Positions 27,613 through 40,928 are shown, counted from the whole stretch's first letter. The stretch: DNA of 62,095 nt, filler included, from Xylographa opegraphella (GCA_022813865.1; 7 parts of 7 records of this genome joined end to end with filler, not necessarily neighbours in it), one strand, 5' to 3'. Translations and numbers: made by a program. Notes: generated by a model not told the origin, from the sequence alone.

Positions 27613-27988
27613 GATAATATCGATTAAAAACGCGTACAGAAACTCTCGACGATTAAAATTAAATAAAATTCATTAAAACGTAAATATACGTATTTTTTAG
27701 TAATAAATCAACGAATAATAAACAATTTTATTAATTATAAAAAATTTAATTCGATTACGATTAAAAAAGCTTAGATATATCTAAAAAAATTTAAAAAAAA
27801 TCGTAACAATAAACTTTATATTAATAATTACTTTCGATATTATTAAAGTTTTAAACTATTTTTTTATTCGTTTTTCAAGAAATATAAAATAATTAAAAAC
27901 AAATTTAATATACGAAAAATCTGCGACGTTAAAGAATTTATTAAATTATAAAAAAATTTATTTTGAAACTTTAAATAATATTATATTC

Positions 27989-28185
27989 TGTTAGAAATAG
28001 AGTCCCGGCCTGCCTGCAGGATAGCGAGAGCTGCTAAGCGAGAGCTCGGGCCGCCGTAGGCCCGGTGACGATAGTGCGCGAGCATATAGTCTCGTAGTTG
28101 TTCATAGCTAATACAACACACTTGTTTACCCATATATTCTGCTAGAATGACCACTGCGCTTCAGTACCCATCGTACCTTTCAACA
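27989..28185 (+). mobile_element. Solo-LTR-like element, family F, 197 bp
   Basis: TGTTAGAAATAG...TTTCAACA with perfect TSD TATTC/TATTC; second copy at 61456-61652. Confidence 0.92.
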
Positions 28186-28873
28186 TATTCTAAAATAAAT
28201 AAGGCGATCGCGGAAAAAAAACAAAAATAATATTTTTCGCTATCGAAGAAACTAGTTTAACCTCGAACGATAAAAATATCGTTCTAATAAATTTAATAAA
28301 TATTTCCTTTATTAAAAAAATATTATTCAATAAATTGTAATTGAATCTTTTTCGCTGAAAAGCAAATTAATATAAAACGTTTAAATGGTTTCTTTTAATA
28401 TAAATCGTTTAATAATAAAATTTTCGATAACAATAAAAAAATGAAAAAACAATCGAAATAAAAATTATCGCGATTATAACGATAAAAAATAATTAAATAA
28501 TAACGAATTAACGAATTTCGAATTTAATTTTAAAAATAAAATATTTAAAATTATCGCTTTGTTAAAGTTTTTATTAATAAAATTTTTAAATTTAATTAAA
28601 TAATCGATTCTAGCGCTTTTTTTATATAATTAATAAATTTAGATTTTTTAAAAAATTTTTAATTAAAATAAAAAATGTCGAATAGAGATTTAAAAAAATA
28701 TATATATTAATTACGCTGGCATAATTATTATATAAAATTAAAAAAGTTATAAAATATTTTTAATTTTAATTTTAATTTTTTATATTCTCGATTTTAAAAT
28801 TAATTCTTTTTTTAGCACACGAATATACGAAAAAGCTTATATAATAGCTTTAATAAAGAAAAATTATATATAT

Positions 28874-29064
28874 TTTCAATTGATAAAAGTATCACTTGCT
28901 GATAAATATAAAGAAATACCTGAAGGTTAATTTTATTTATATATAGCGTAGTTCAGTACTAGCGCAGGAGGTATATATCACGTTCTCGTGATTTATATCG
29001 AACCTCACCGAGTATACGATTACTGTTGCCCTCGCCCTGATTCAAATACACGTGTTTTTTAATA
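28874..29064 (-). mobile_element. Solo-LTR-like element, family G, more heavily mutated copy
   Basis: Aligns without gaps to the reverse complement of 42945-43135; differences are mostly C>T/G>A. Confidence 0.85.
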
Positions 29065-29183
29065 AATTATGAGCCCGGGTTAGCCTAGGTAGCAACAAAC
29101 GTTAAATTGAGCAGAATAAACTTTATTACTGTTAATATTCACGCGGCCGTACCCTCGAGCGAACGATACAGAATAGTGAATAT

Positions 29184-29366
29184 TGTTACGGCTCATCAAC
29201 TCACCACACAAGCACGCCTAGAACGTAAGCTTTAGGTGGACGATTTCAACCCAGATTAAGATGGAGAAGCGATGAGGCTGCTCCATNNNNNNNNNNNNNN
29301 ACTCAAGGTGCTAGTCCTGATCCAGCCCGACCCCTATTACTTGTGACTGATGTCATAATCGTCACA
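29184..29366 (+). mobile_element. Family B element (N gap inside)
   Basis: Near-identical to 19556-19738; flanks do not match. Confidence 0.88.
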
Positions 29367-29770
29367 ATTTATAAATATCGTAATTATTATAATTACCCTA
29401 TATTTTCTTCACTTTATAACGATCACTTTCAAAATTCACTATTAATTCTGCGTTTATTATATTTTTATCAGTAAAAATCTGAGCTTTAATACTTAAATTA
29501 TGTTTTTTATTTATTTTTATTTACAATTTATTTATAATTATAGTAAAATATACGTCGTAAAATTATATTCGAATTATAATAAATACGTTATTAATTATTC
29601 ACGAAATATGATATTTTTTTTTAAAAAAATTCATTTACGAATTTTATTTATTAATTTAAAACTTAATATTTTATTTCAATTTTAATATTTTTGAGAAAAG
29701 TATTCAAAAAATATTTTAAATGCTTAAAATCTTTGTGAAAAAGTTGAAATTTATTTTTAAATTACTAAAT

Positions 29771-29895
29771 TATTAAATATATTAAATATATTAAATATAT
29801 TAAATATATTAAATATATTAAATATATTAAATATATTAAATATATTAAATATATTAAATATATTAAATATATTAAATATATTAAATATATTAAAT
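29771..29895. repeat. 9-bp tandem repeat (ATTAAATAT)n, about 13 copies
   Basis: Read directly from the sequence. Confidence 0.9.
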
Positions 29896-30538
29896 ACGTG
29901 AAAAATAATTTTAAGCTATTTTGAACGATTCATTAAATTTTAAAGTTTGAAGCAATTTTCTTTTTGTCAATATATTTTTATTATATATATAATTATCTCG
30001 TTATTAACGATATTTATAATAATATTTATATATTATAAAAATTAATAATGCGATATAAATATTAACGATATTATAATTAAAAAAATTTTATGTAAAAATC
30101 GACTTTCGCAACAGTAAAATAAATATATAATATAATGATCAAATCAATTATTATTTAAAAGGTGAATATATATTATAAAAAATCGAAATTAAAAATTAAT
30201 AAAAATAAGAAAACGACTCGAGATTTTACGAAGTTAAAGATTACGCAGTATAATAAAAAACCCCAAAAATTAATATTAACATCATATAAAATTATCGAAT
30301 ATTCGCCCTCGATATAGCGAAGCGAATTGGGTTTTAAATCTACGCATAGTCTAGTCTCCTCAGCCCTGTGACGAGAATCTTAACATAACACTGAACGTAG
30401 CTTGAGCACACCGCAATGATATACGCATCTTGAACTACCGCCTATACCCTTATATCCAGCTCCGCCTGCTTCCCTGGAATTCGTTTCGTAAACATAGTGA
30501 CTCGGAGTTGTACGCTACGATCCGATACCTCGTTGGCT

Positions 30539-32704
30539 ATGTTGTCCTGCATCAATGGCGTTGTTACTAAGCAAGAGAGTGTCGACGCATCCGGAACAGC
30601 ACCCTTATCTCCTCAGAGTGGCAACGCTGATGCGGCTTGTGTTTCGGCGAGCAATCTTACAGGTCCTGGAGGTGCTGTCTCGTGTTTACGACGCGTTCGA
30701 CGCGTTCGTAATAGCCTGCAGAGCTACAACGAAAACATGCTCTCTGAGAGTGCTAAAAGGCGTTCTATGAGAAGATATACGGATGAGAAATCCGGACAAA
30801 TTCCTCGACAGACTTCTCACTCGACAAAAGAAGCCTCTCGAATCCAGCTGATACCCAAGGGCATACCAGGAATGAATCTTGATTGGAAGATTGACTGTAT
30901 GCCTGGGCATGAGATAGAGCAAGCTTCGTTAAAGGTAAAGGAGCTTAAGCGGCAGGTTCCTGGGTGCTTGAATAGCTTCGAAGGCGACTCTAGTGTGGTC
31001 AAGAGTGCACGTGGGAAAAGATGTCGAAAAATAAGGGAGCATGAGATGGAGAACGCTCAAGTACCAATTTGGAAGTCCAAGCTCAGACCACGAATCCAGA
31101 CCAAAGCAGGCTTGGAGATAACGACGGCGAAGATCGTGCTGATGGGTGCAGACACAATAGCAAAAAGATCTCTCCCTCAAATCGATGTAAAGCCTACGGC
31201 GATAACGCGACCAAAAACCAAGCGTTGGCTTTCGCAGGGGCTTTATATCGGCCAACAACAAGACTTCGAGCGAAGCTTCACTGGAGCCAAGAACAATTTC
31301 AAAAGAGCTCCTAGTGGGAAATGGGTGGATCGAGCCGGCTCAATTTTCCCACTACCAATGTTCGCTGGTCGAAGAACAATTGAAATCGGAAGAGACTTTC
31401 GATTACCATTCGATGTCTTCTCGCCTTTGAGTCCTGGTCAGCCGAAGCCTGAAGAGTGGAGGAAGACACAGAAAAGTAAGGTGACTGCCCTTCGTCTTGG
31501 TATTTTGATTTGACGAATTCTATAAGATGTCTTCGTTCGTGATACGGCGGAATGCTGGAAAAAGTCTAAACCCTTAGAGCATTCTACGTGTACTTGCGAC
31601 ATTTCGTCCGGGTGCGATGAGAACTGTCTCAATCGCTTCATGTTCTACGAGTGTGATGACACGAATTGCATTATCGGCACGGAACATTGTACCAACCGTG
31701 GCTTCGAGGATCTTCGCAAACGATGCAAAGCTGGAGGGAAGTATGACATTGGGGTCGAAGTAATTAAGACAGTTGATCGTGGCTATGGAGTTCGCAGTAA
31801 TAGAACGTTCAATCCCAATCAGATCATCGTGGAATACACTGGTGAGATTATCACACAAGATGAATGTGACAGGAGGATGAGGAAGATGTATAAGAATAAC
31901 GAAGTGATAGAGATTCGTGCTAGATTTCATGACTGACTATGCTGACTATCTTACAGTGCTTCTATCTTATGGTTTTCGACCAGAACATGATAATTGATGC
32001 TACTCGAGGTTCGATAGCTCGATTTATCAATCATTCTTGTGAGCCAAACTGCAAGATGGTCAAGTGGACAGTCGCTGGTAAGCCTCGTATGGCGCTCTTC
32101 GCGGGAGAAGGAGGCGTCATGACCGGTGAGGAACTGACTTATGATTATAACTTCGAGTGGGTCCTGTATGTAGAAGTAGGAAAGTAGACAGACTGACATT
32201 ATCAATAGTCCCTTTTCGAGCAAGAACATTCAAAAATGCCGTTGCGGCACTCCGACTTGTCGTGGTGTCCTTGGTCCTAAGCCAAGGGATCAAACATTGA
32301 GCAAGGTAATGGACATCAAGGATGCTCATCAAGCTCTGGCAGCCACCGGGACCAAACGAAAATCTCGACAGGTCGCTGAACAGACGGTGGATTTAGTTGC
32401 GAGCAAGAAACGCAGAACTCGTGTACCTGCAACGATCAAAGCAGCTTTAAACAATTTTAAGAACCAAGTTTCTGGGCATATAAACCAGGCTAAATTGTTA
32501 ACCACTCCTAAAGAGCAGAAAGAAAGATCCGCAGCAAGATCCTCGAGCGGGTCCTGTCGCAGCCACCGCCGCGAAAGTGTTAGTCAACGAAGCCGGGGCA
32601 CGATCTTAAAACAGAGCACTATCACGTTTACCAAATGTAATTACTGGAAGGTTTCCCGTCAGAGCAACCGCTTAGCCACGGCAACAGCGCCCCGTCCAGC
32701 GTAA
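30539..32704 (+). CDS. ash1: ASH1-like histone H3K36 methyltransferase (AWS-SET-postSET); start codon uncertain
   Basis: WLSQGLYIGQ, LPMFAG..RDFRLPFDVFSPL, CDENCLNRFMFYEC, RGYGVRSNR..IIVEYTGEII, IARFINHSCEPNC, ELTYDYNF, CRCGTPTCRGVLG. Three introns. Confidence 0.9.
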
Positions 32705-33063
32705 GACGCAACATTTTACGACCCATCAGAGTTTCGAATCGAGCGGGCACTGAGAAGTGGATGAATTGGGTCAAATAGCTCGAAGGAAATATAACCCATC
32801 GTTCACGACCATTGCAGCTCCTGTAAGGCGATATATTTTAATTCCGAATATTATAAATATTGACTAGTTTCAATCGGGGAGTACAAAAATTATATTTCGC
32901 CCCAATTCAGATAGTATTCCGTGGCTCGTATTACTGATGTTCACATGAACTCAATGCTCGAAATCGTTCGAGTAAATCGTATTCAAAACATTTTGTATTT
33001 AAATTTTATATTTTTGAGTATAACGATATCTTTTAAAAAAAATTGTTTTTTATTATTTTTTTA

Positions 33064-33132
33064 GTTTTCGTTTTTCGTTTTTCGTTTTTCGTTTTTCGTT
33101 TTTCGTTTTTCGTTTTTCGTTTTTCGTTTTCG
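33064..33132. repeat. (TTTTTCG)n heptamer tandem repeat
   Basis: About 9-10 copies, read directly. Confidence 0.9.
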
Positions 33133-33156
33133 ATTTATTTGAAATATAAAAAGCAA

Positions 33157-33224
<68 letters not shown>

Positions 33225-33241
33225 TATATTATATTATTTTC

Positions 33242-33431
33242 TGTTGAAAATCCAGGGGGTTAGCAGCCAGTGTTGTCGGCTTGTACTATAGCTAATTAGG
33301 ACTAGCTTAGTACAGGACTCGAAGAGTCTTCTGAAGCTTCCGCTTCAGGAGAACTCTTCACCTNNNNNNTGATTAAGCAATGCACTGCTATCTGCTGCCA
33401 AAACCCCTGTGCCTAGTGATTAAATTCAACA
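33242..33431. mobile_element. Solo-LTR-like element, family H, 190 bp
   Basis: TGTTGAA...TTCAACA (7-bp inverted termini) with perfect TSD TTTTC/TTTTC. Confidence 0.88.
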
Positions 33432-34539
33432 TTTTCGAGTTTATATACGATTACGAGCTGTAAAATTAAATAAATTTTTTCGAGTTTATTATAATTATAT
33501 TTTTTTAATTTGAATTAAAATCCAAAAAACTTTATATATTTTTATACGTTTTTTTTATATTTTTAATTATATCAATCGTTTTAATCATCGAAAATTTTCC
33601 AAAAATTATTATTGCAGACGTAAATTTACTTTCCTCGCAGGAAAAAACTCGATTCGAATTTGATTCGAATTTGCTTGCTTAATTCGAGCTTGCGTTTTTA
33701 TTTTAATTCTGACAAAATTTGAGCGCTTGTTTCACAGACCTCGTAGACCTGTAAATCTTCATATTTATGATAAAATTTTACAGTTTTTAAATATTATTCT
33801 TTTTACATATTAAAATATATTACGTTTTCACGAGTGTAATTATAAAAAAATTTTATTAAAATTTTATTATTTTCGGTAAAGTTAATATTAAATAAAATTT
33901 TAAATTAAATATTAAAATATTATTATTTTCGATAAAATTAATTTAAATAAAATTTTAAATTAAATATTAAATATTTTAATTTTTTTGAAGCAATTCCGAG
34001 TTTATAATTATTATAATACAATATAATATAATATATGAAAATATAAAGATATATATAAAATTTACGATTATATAAAATACGTATTTAAACGAACGAAATT
34101 TTTTTTAATACTCGAATTTTCGTATGAAATCGAGTAAATCGTTTATTAGTGCGAATAAACGAGTCGTTAACGAGTTCAACGGCGACAGTGTTCGATTCTT
34201 TAAATTTTGAAACATGAGTATATAGTTCTTTTTCCCAATTTAATAACACCCCCTGGCGTTACTTGGGCTGAAAGTGCTGTTCGCCTTAAATGTTCTGCAA
34301 ATAAAATTAGGGTCAAGTAAAAATTACTAGTAATCACTCTCGAGCAGCTGTATCGCGAGGACGATATGTAAGGCCGAGTAATTATAGCAAGTCAATATGC
34401 TATTTTTACTCGTCGCCGACTCCTTAAGTGACAGCAAGATCAGGGTATCAGTCCAGCAGACTAATCGATAATGTTTGATGCAGTCAATAGTACTCGGAAT
34501 AGTTGAGCAGATTTGACCTTATCAATATTGGTACACACT

Positions 34540-35324
34540 TCAAGACACGAATGAGAGTGGCGCTGCCGCCGGGGTACTCTCTGTCATCGTGGATGGTCGC
34601 CCAGGCACGGGTGGTAAGAAAAGAGGCAGATATGTCTACCTCTATTAGAGCGACCAACCATAGGGAGGTCCTGTCTGGACTAACGACTGCAACTGCCAAA
34701 ACTATGGAGTTGGGTGGTTAGCTTTTGCATATGTTCAGAACGAGACGATACCCACAACCCATGCCCACACTGAAATACCCAGGTGTACTAGCTGTTCGTC
34801 GTTGTTCCGGAGTTTCCGCGAGCCAGTTTTGTAATGCAAAGACGACAGATGCCCTATTCTCCACATAAGGCACGCCAACTAATGTATTACGGACGAGAAG
34901 AACACTTACCATCCAATCATCCTTGAGTGCCACACACCTTGATTAGCATGTAATAGAACAGTATAGCTGTTCAGGAGTTATCAAACGTACTTATTCCGAG
35001 TGAACATCTGCCGGGACTTAGTAGCCTATTATGGCTTGTGACGAAGTTATGATTGAACTCGCTCTACTTACTGCAGCCATAGGGAGCGTACTCGCCATCG
35101 TACCTTGAAGACAACATTAATAACGTGCTTTAGCACGGAGTTGACTGGCAAGGTTGCCACAAACAGAGACACTGACCTGACATATCTCCCTCTTTCTCTG
35201 CGCTTATGGAGTCCACGTATGGTATCACTGCGCACGGAGTTGTTCGTCAATTACAATCACTTGGTGGCAGTTGATTTTAGTGCTTACTCAGGTCAGTTCT
35301 CCGCATATCCTTCTTGGATGCCAT
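34540..35324 (-). CDS. PAT complex subunit Asterix-like (UPF0139/WDR83OS family) small ER membrane protein, 8 exons
   Basis: Spliced translation: MASKKDMRRTDL/.IPYVDSISAERGDMS/GTMASTLPMAA/MFTRNK/MIGW/ASVVFALQNWLAETPEQRRTASTPGYFSVGMG/FLAVAV/TYLPLFLPP...VS*. Seven GT-AG introns keep the frame. Confidence 0.82.
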
Positions 35325-36207
35325 AATAATGTATGATATTCTGAGAGAGACCGTAGCTGAATTCTCTCACACCTACGGCAATCACAGCACATAAAGCCTG
35401 TTGTCGTGTAATATTCACGATATGCGCTACGTAGTGACTTGCCTCAGTACCTCGGACGTTTGGGGCACTAAGCCCCTTCGGGTTTACTTATTGCTGATTA
35501 TATTACGGGCTAGAACTGTTACGTACCTGTCTCAGTGCCTCAAACGTGGCGTATTAAGCCTCTGCAGGTTAATGCTTTTATTTTGCTGATTAACAAATTA
35601 AGCGCAAGCACGTTCGAGCTCAATTTCTTAAAATATAGAAAATTTTCGCTATTTTGATTCGAACCCCCTGAATTGTATAATTTATAATTCAATTGATCAG
35701 TGATTTTAATTAAATAAAATTAAATGGCCTCGTTATTTATTTAATTAACATAAAGATTATAAAATAACGATAAAATTTTAATATTACGCGAAATTGAATT
35801 TAAATATATTTGCGTTTAATTTATTAATTAATAAAATAAAAATATTAATTCACAAAAGTTTAATATGTTACGTTTAAAGAATTGAAAGAATTACGTATTG
35901 ATTTCTGAATTTTGAATCGAAAGTTTTCGACTTTATCGCTGCGAAATATTATTACGTAACGCCCTTGAATTTTAATAAAATTTAAAAGTTTCTCCCTTTC
36001 ATTCTTTTACAATAAATTTTAAATTAACATCATTATTACAAAGTATTTTACATTATTATAAAACTTTAAAATATCGATTTTAATGAATTTATCAAGGATT
36101 TTATTTGATAATTATATGAATGAATTTTTTTTAAAATATAATAACTCTTTCGATTTATAAATATCTATTTATCGTTGCTATTACGTTGCTTTATATATTT
36201 ATATTAA

Positions 36208-36301
36208 TTTATCGATTATCTTATCGATTATCTTATCGATTAATTTATTGATTAATTTATTGATTAATTTATTGATTAATTTATTGATTAATTTATTGAT
36301 T
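36208..36301. repeat. 12-bp tandem repeat (TTATTGATTAAT / TTATCGATTATC variants)
   Basis: Read directly; runs into the contig end. Confidence 0.85.
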
Positions 36302-36401
36302 NNNNNNNNNNNNNNNNNNNNNNNNNNNNNNNNNNNNNNNNNNNNTTAATTAATTAANNNNNNNNNNNNNNNNNNNNNNNNNNNNNNNNNNNNNNNNNNN
36401 N

Positions 36402-36690
36402 GAGCAGCCTCACCGCTTCTCCATCTTAATCTGGGTTGAAATCGTCCACCTAAAGCTTACGTTCTTACGGCTCATCAACTCACCACACAAGCACGCCTAG
36501 AACGTAAGCTTTAGGTGGACGATTTCAACCNNNNNNNNNNNNNNNNNNNNNNNNNNNNNNNNNNNNNNNNNNNACTATATACTAAAGGTGCTAGTCCTGA
36601 TCCAGCCCGACCCCTATTACCCGTGACTGATGTCATAGCCGTCACATACGTTCTAGGCGTGCTTGTGTGGTGAGTTGATGAGCCGTAACA
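36402..36690 (-). mobile_element. Family B element with a second family B copy (36463-36646, opposite strand) nested inside
   Basis: TSD TACGT at 36458-36462 and 36647-36651. Removing the insert restores ...AAAGCTTACGTTCTAGGCG. Confidence 0.85.
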
Positions 36691-38254
36691 TTCAACACGT
36701 TCAGCACGTTCAGAATTTTTTTTACTAAATTTAAAAAATAAAAAAATGTTTTAAAATAATTAATTTGCTTAAAAATGTATTTTAAAATTATTAAAAATAA
36801 ATAAAAATTAATCAAGTAAAAATTCTTTTTCGAATTCTTTTTAAATCTGTTTAAGCAGACCTCCCATTAAACTTATATAATTAATATAAGTACGTAATTA
36901 AATCAATTTTATATAAAATTTTAAATTTAATAAATTTTTTAAATTACGTTGAATATCTGAAAAGTTACAGCGTTAGCGAATATTTACGAATAATACTCGT
37001 TAAATTAAAATTTTAAAATTCATTATATTTTTAACTATATTTTAAAAAGGTATTTAAAACGTATTCTAAATATATAAAATACTTATTAAAAAAGTTAAAA
37101 GTAAAATCTTTTGCTTTTGATACTGAACGTGTTAAATATATTAAATACGCAAAAAGCATACTTTTTGATCGACTTGTAAAATTTTAAATTTTAAGCAGGA
37201 ATTCTTTTTACTGATGTATAAATAATAGCAAAAAAAAATTTAAGTTTAAAAATATATTTTTTTAAAAGTTTAAGAAAATATTTATTAAATTTTTCAACTT
37301 TAATGCGATTATTTTTTGAAAATATTTTTTAAATATTTTCTATAACGCTTGAGATTGAGTCAAATCGTAATTTTAATATATTTATTTTAAAAGTAATTAA
37401 AATTTTACAATTCTGAATTTTTTTTAATATAATTTAATCAAAAATTTGAATTAAATTCGTTAATAAATAAAAATATATAATAATAAACTTATTATTCTGA
37501 AACTAATAATAATTTTCGTATAAAATTGTGTTTTAATATAAATTAAATACGTTTTTTATATAAATTTTTTATGTTATATAAAAAATTTATTTTTAATATA
37601 CCTTTTAATATTTTCCTTGATAGTATTTAATAATAATTTTTGATATCTTTTCTAATAATACTCGATAACAGCTTTTAATACTTTTTATAATAGCATTTGA
37701 TAACACGAAAATTAATAAATTCGTTTACACGATTTACCCTGTAAAGGTGAGAATTTTAATATCAAAATACATAAAAAAAAGCTCAAAATTCAAAAACGTC
37801 AGGAAAACCCGCCTCGGATTCATTACATTATTAACGTTTATTAATTTAATTTTAATTTTGTAAATTATATCGTTAAAGTAAATATAAACGACCCACGAAA
37901 ATATTTTAAATAATAATTTCTTTTAATAAACAGCGCGAAAGTTATTAAAGCAAATAATATAATATTAATTCTGAAATACTTATAAATTATATTGCAGTTG
38001 AATTGCTTAAAAAACATTTTAATCACGTATAAAAATGTGAATATTAGGTATTTTATGGTGAGTTCGATTAGTATTCGGGTGTGCCCTCCGGAAACCCGGC
38101 CTGAGTAGCGCGATTAGGATAAGTATCTGCTTGCGGGTTTGGAGACCATTTCTTGTGAAAATCAGTGTCATCAAGGCATGCGTCTCTCACGCGTACAACT
38201 GCCTTTACCTACTAGGGTCTATTCTAGTAATGTGAGCATCTGAATGACTGTCAA

Positions 38255-40772
38255 ATGCCTCGAATTCAGAGTGGCGGTCGTGGTGCCCGTAGTGGCACAC
38301 CCGGAAGCACACCACGAGAAGCTTTCCGGAACGGCACCACAAGTAAGATATTGTGGTTCTCCAGACGAGAATACTAGGCTTACTCGGAAGGACAGATGTT
38401 TCTACTCTGCACCTTTCACTACTAGACGAGGCGCGTAACACTGAGCGAAAGAATTTTTGGAATGCCGATCTCCAACTGCGGCATACTCACGTGAACTTTA
38501 TAAGTGCTGGAAGATCTAGAAATGTGACTGATCGGGATGAAATTGGAGTATCACCATGGTCCGAAGAACCATGCGTAAAGGATAGCATCAACAGGAACCC
38601 AACGTACTCGGATCCAGGGCGATCGATGGCCAACATGAGTCTTGACTGTGGAACGCAAGTGACGGCGCCTCACGTCCCTACTATCTGCACGCACATTTCA
38701 CAAGGGTCGTCATCGGGGCTCAAAGACTTAGATGGCCCAAGGGCAGAGGATGAATCTCAAATACAGAACAGTGAATCGTTTTTCATTGACACCAATGGAT
38801 ATGATCAAGTAGTGGAGACAGGCTTACCAATATCCTCAGTTTCTCGATCCGACTCACCGTCCTATGGCTCTAGCGACGAGATTATTTTGTTTCGTGGTAG
38901 AAGGCGTTCAAGTCAACCAGGCGGAACCAGGTCCGACGCCTATGGAAGTCGTATAAACAATTCCACATTTACACATCCTCATGGTACCAGGCTACCCGCC
39001 ACACGACATGAGCCTGTCAGCCAGCTTTCTAACACGAAGGTCTCCAGCGATCCTTCTACCATGCCGCACATGCAACCATACCAAAGAGCAGGTCAGGGAG
39101 GTGTAACTGACGATATGGTAATAATATCAAATCCTTCGCATCGGCTCAAAAGTAGTAGATCCGCAAGAAATAAAGGCGGAGATGAAGGAATTGCAGACTA
39201 CATTGCCAACATTCAGCAAAATGTAGATTTGGATCAACATTCCTCTTTGGAAGCTTGGCACAGACGAGACCTTAAATATATACAAGGTAGTTTTGTGCAG
39301 GATGAAATTGAGCCTTCGGTATCAGAAGGAAAATCTGCTCCGGTTCAAAGTTGCGACCGGAGCGACGACGATCTTGACGATCTCAGTACGTCAAGTGAGA
39401 TCTTTGAGGAAATTGGAAGCATTTTGGCAAAGCGCGAAAGACCGTCGGGCGTTCAATACTTGGTTGTGTGGGAAGGTTATACCGCGGATGAAGCGAAGTG
39501 GATTTCTTGTACATCGCTAAATACTGTGGCTGCGGCAGGAATGATTGCCCTATTTGATACCCAAGAGCAGTTGAGCAGACAACTCATCGCGAAAAACTAC
39601 GAAATGGGCACTGAACCAGATGAGGATAATCAAGTATTCCGAAACATGGCTGAAGACATACCTTCCATGGAAGACCAGGAGAAAGATCTGGATACGATGA
39701 TGGCCGGTATGACTGACGAACAAATGGCACTAAGACTAGCAAAGCAGGAAGAACTAGGCTTGGGCTCTGCGGAGGTCATGCTCTTCGACGGTGATGAAAT
39801 GGAAGAGTGGACCGACAAAAAGAACCTAAAAAAGTTTCGGGCACAAGCTACACAACACACAGAGCTTGGGCTTTCAAAGAAGGGTAAATCGAGGTCTTTC
39901 TATACTTTGGCCAGCAGCTTCGCAGATGTGCTTGTAAAAGATCCGTACAATGGGTTCGATATAGTAGATCGAGACCGGCCGAGCTTAACAAAAAGACTGA
40001 AAGGTCGGCGAGGAGTGCTGCCTCCTGAGCTCTCAGATAGCGAACTCGAAGCCTCCATGCTATCAGCGTGGGACCGTGACCGAACGAAGAAGAAGCTCAA
40101 GAAACAACAACGCGAAGAGCTTCGGGCTCAGGGTTTGTTAGGCAGCAAGGATAAAGTTGACATGAAGTTCAGATACTTGGAGGGGATGTCGGTTAGTCAG
40201 ATGAGGAGTGAGGTGAAAGACTTTCTGATGTCTGATAGAGTCAGGTAAGCTTCATATTAGGATCGCAATCAAGGTGTAACAAGTCGACTAACTGCAGCTC
40301 ACTTATCAGTGTTTCATTTCCTCCAATGGATAAGAAAGATCGCAAGTTGATACATGAGTTTGCCAATGTATTCAATCTTAAATCCAAATCTGTTGGGGGT
40401 GGTCGATATCGTTATCCCACATTATTTAAGACATCTCGCTCGATTCAATTCAGTGAAGGCAAGCTTGAAGATATAGAGGCCCTGCTCAACCAGCGACGAT
40501 TCCTTCCACGCCTGGACAAGGGATCTAGGAAAGGCTTGGGTCATCGACGATCCGCAGGTCGTGGTGGAGCTGTATCAGGAGCTGCTGTTTCATATCAGGA
40601 CGGTGAGATCGTGGGCGCGGCAGCGCCTGAGCTTGGCACAGACAACAAGGGCAGGGCAATGCTAGAGAAGATGGGGTGGAGCACAGGAACAGCATTGGGG
40701 GCGCTGAACAACAAAGGAATTATGCTACCTGTGGCGCACATCGTCAAAACGACCAAGGCCGGCTTGGGTTAA
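38255..40772 (+). CDS. SQS1: SQS1/Pfa1-like protein with chromo-like, R3H and G-patch domains
   Basis: LRHTHVNFISAG, SDEIILFRGR, YNGFDIVDRDRPSL, PPMDKKDRKLIHEFANVFNLKSKS (R3H), NKGRAMLEKMGWSTGTALG (G-patch). The start exon is inferred. Confidence 0.88.
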
Positions 40773-40928
40773 TTTGACATTTCAGCGAATTAGCCTCCAT
40801 ACATTTGTTCATGGGGAAATGGCTTGCATAGTGTTACTTTTCGATACAGGTCCTGCATCATAAGGGCAACTGTTTGGATAGACTTGAAAAATACTGTTCT
40901 CGCTCTAGTAAATACAAGACTGCCACAA

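Noticed and set aside
15151..29685. Short I/K/F/N-rich ORFs in AT-rich blocks, and a possible organellar or bacterial origin for those blocks
   Set aside because: They are compositional by-products. Recognisable remnants are Gypsy domains with C>T/G>A damage, and no mitochondrial genes or RNAs were seen.
35650..35672. tRNA B-box-like GGTTCGAATC on the minus strand (also GGTTCGACTC near 54234)
   Set aside because: No cloverleaf or A box could be built around either.
10005..40772. Apparent silencing cluster (Arb2, ASH1-like, chromo-containing SQS1)
   Set aside because: The genes lie on different pieces separated by artificial spacers, so their proximity is not evidence of linkage.
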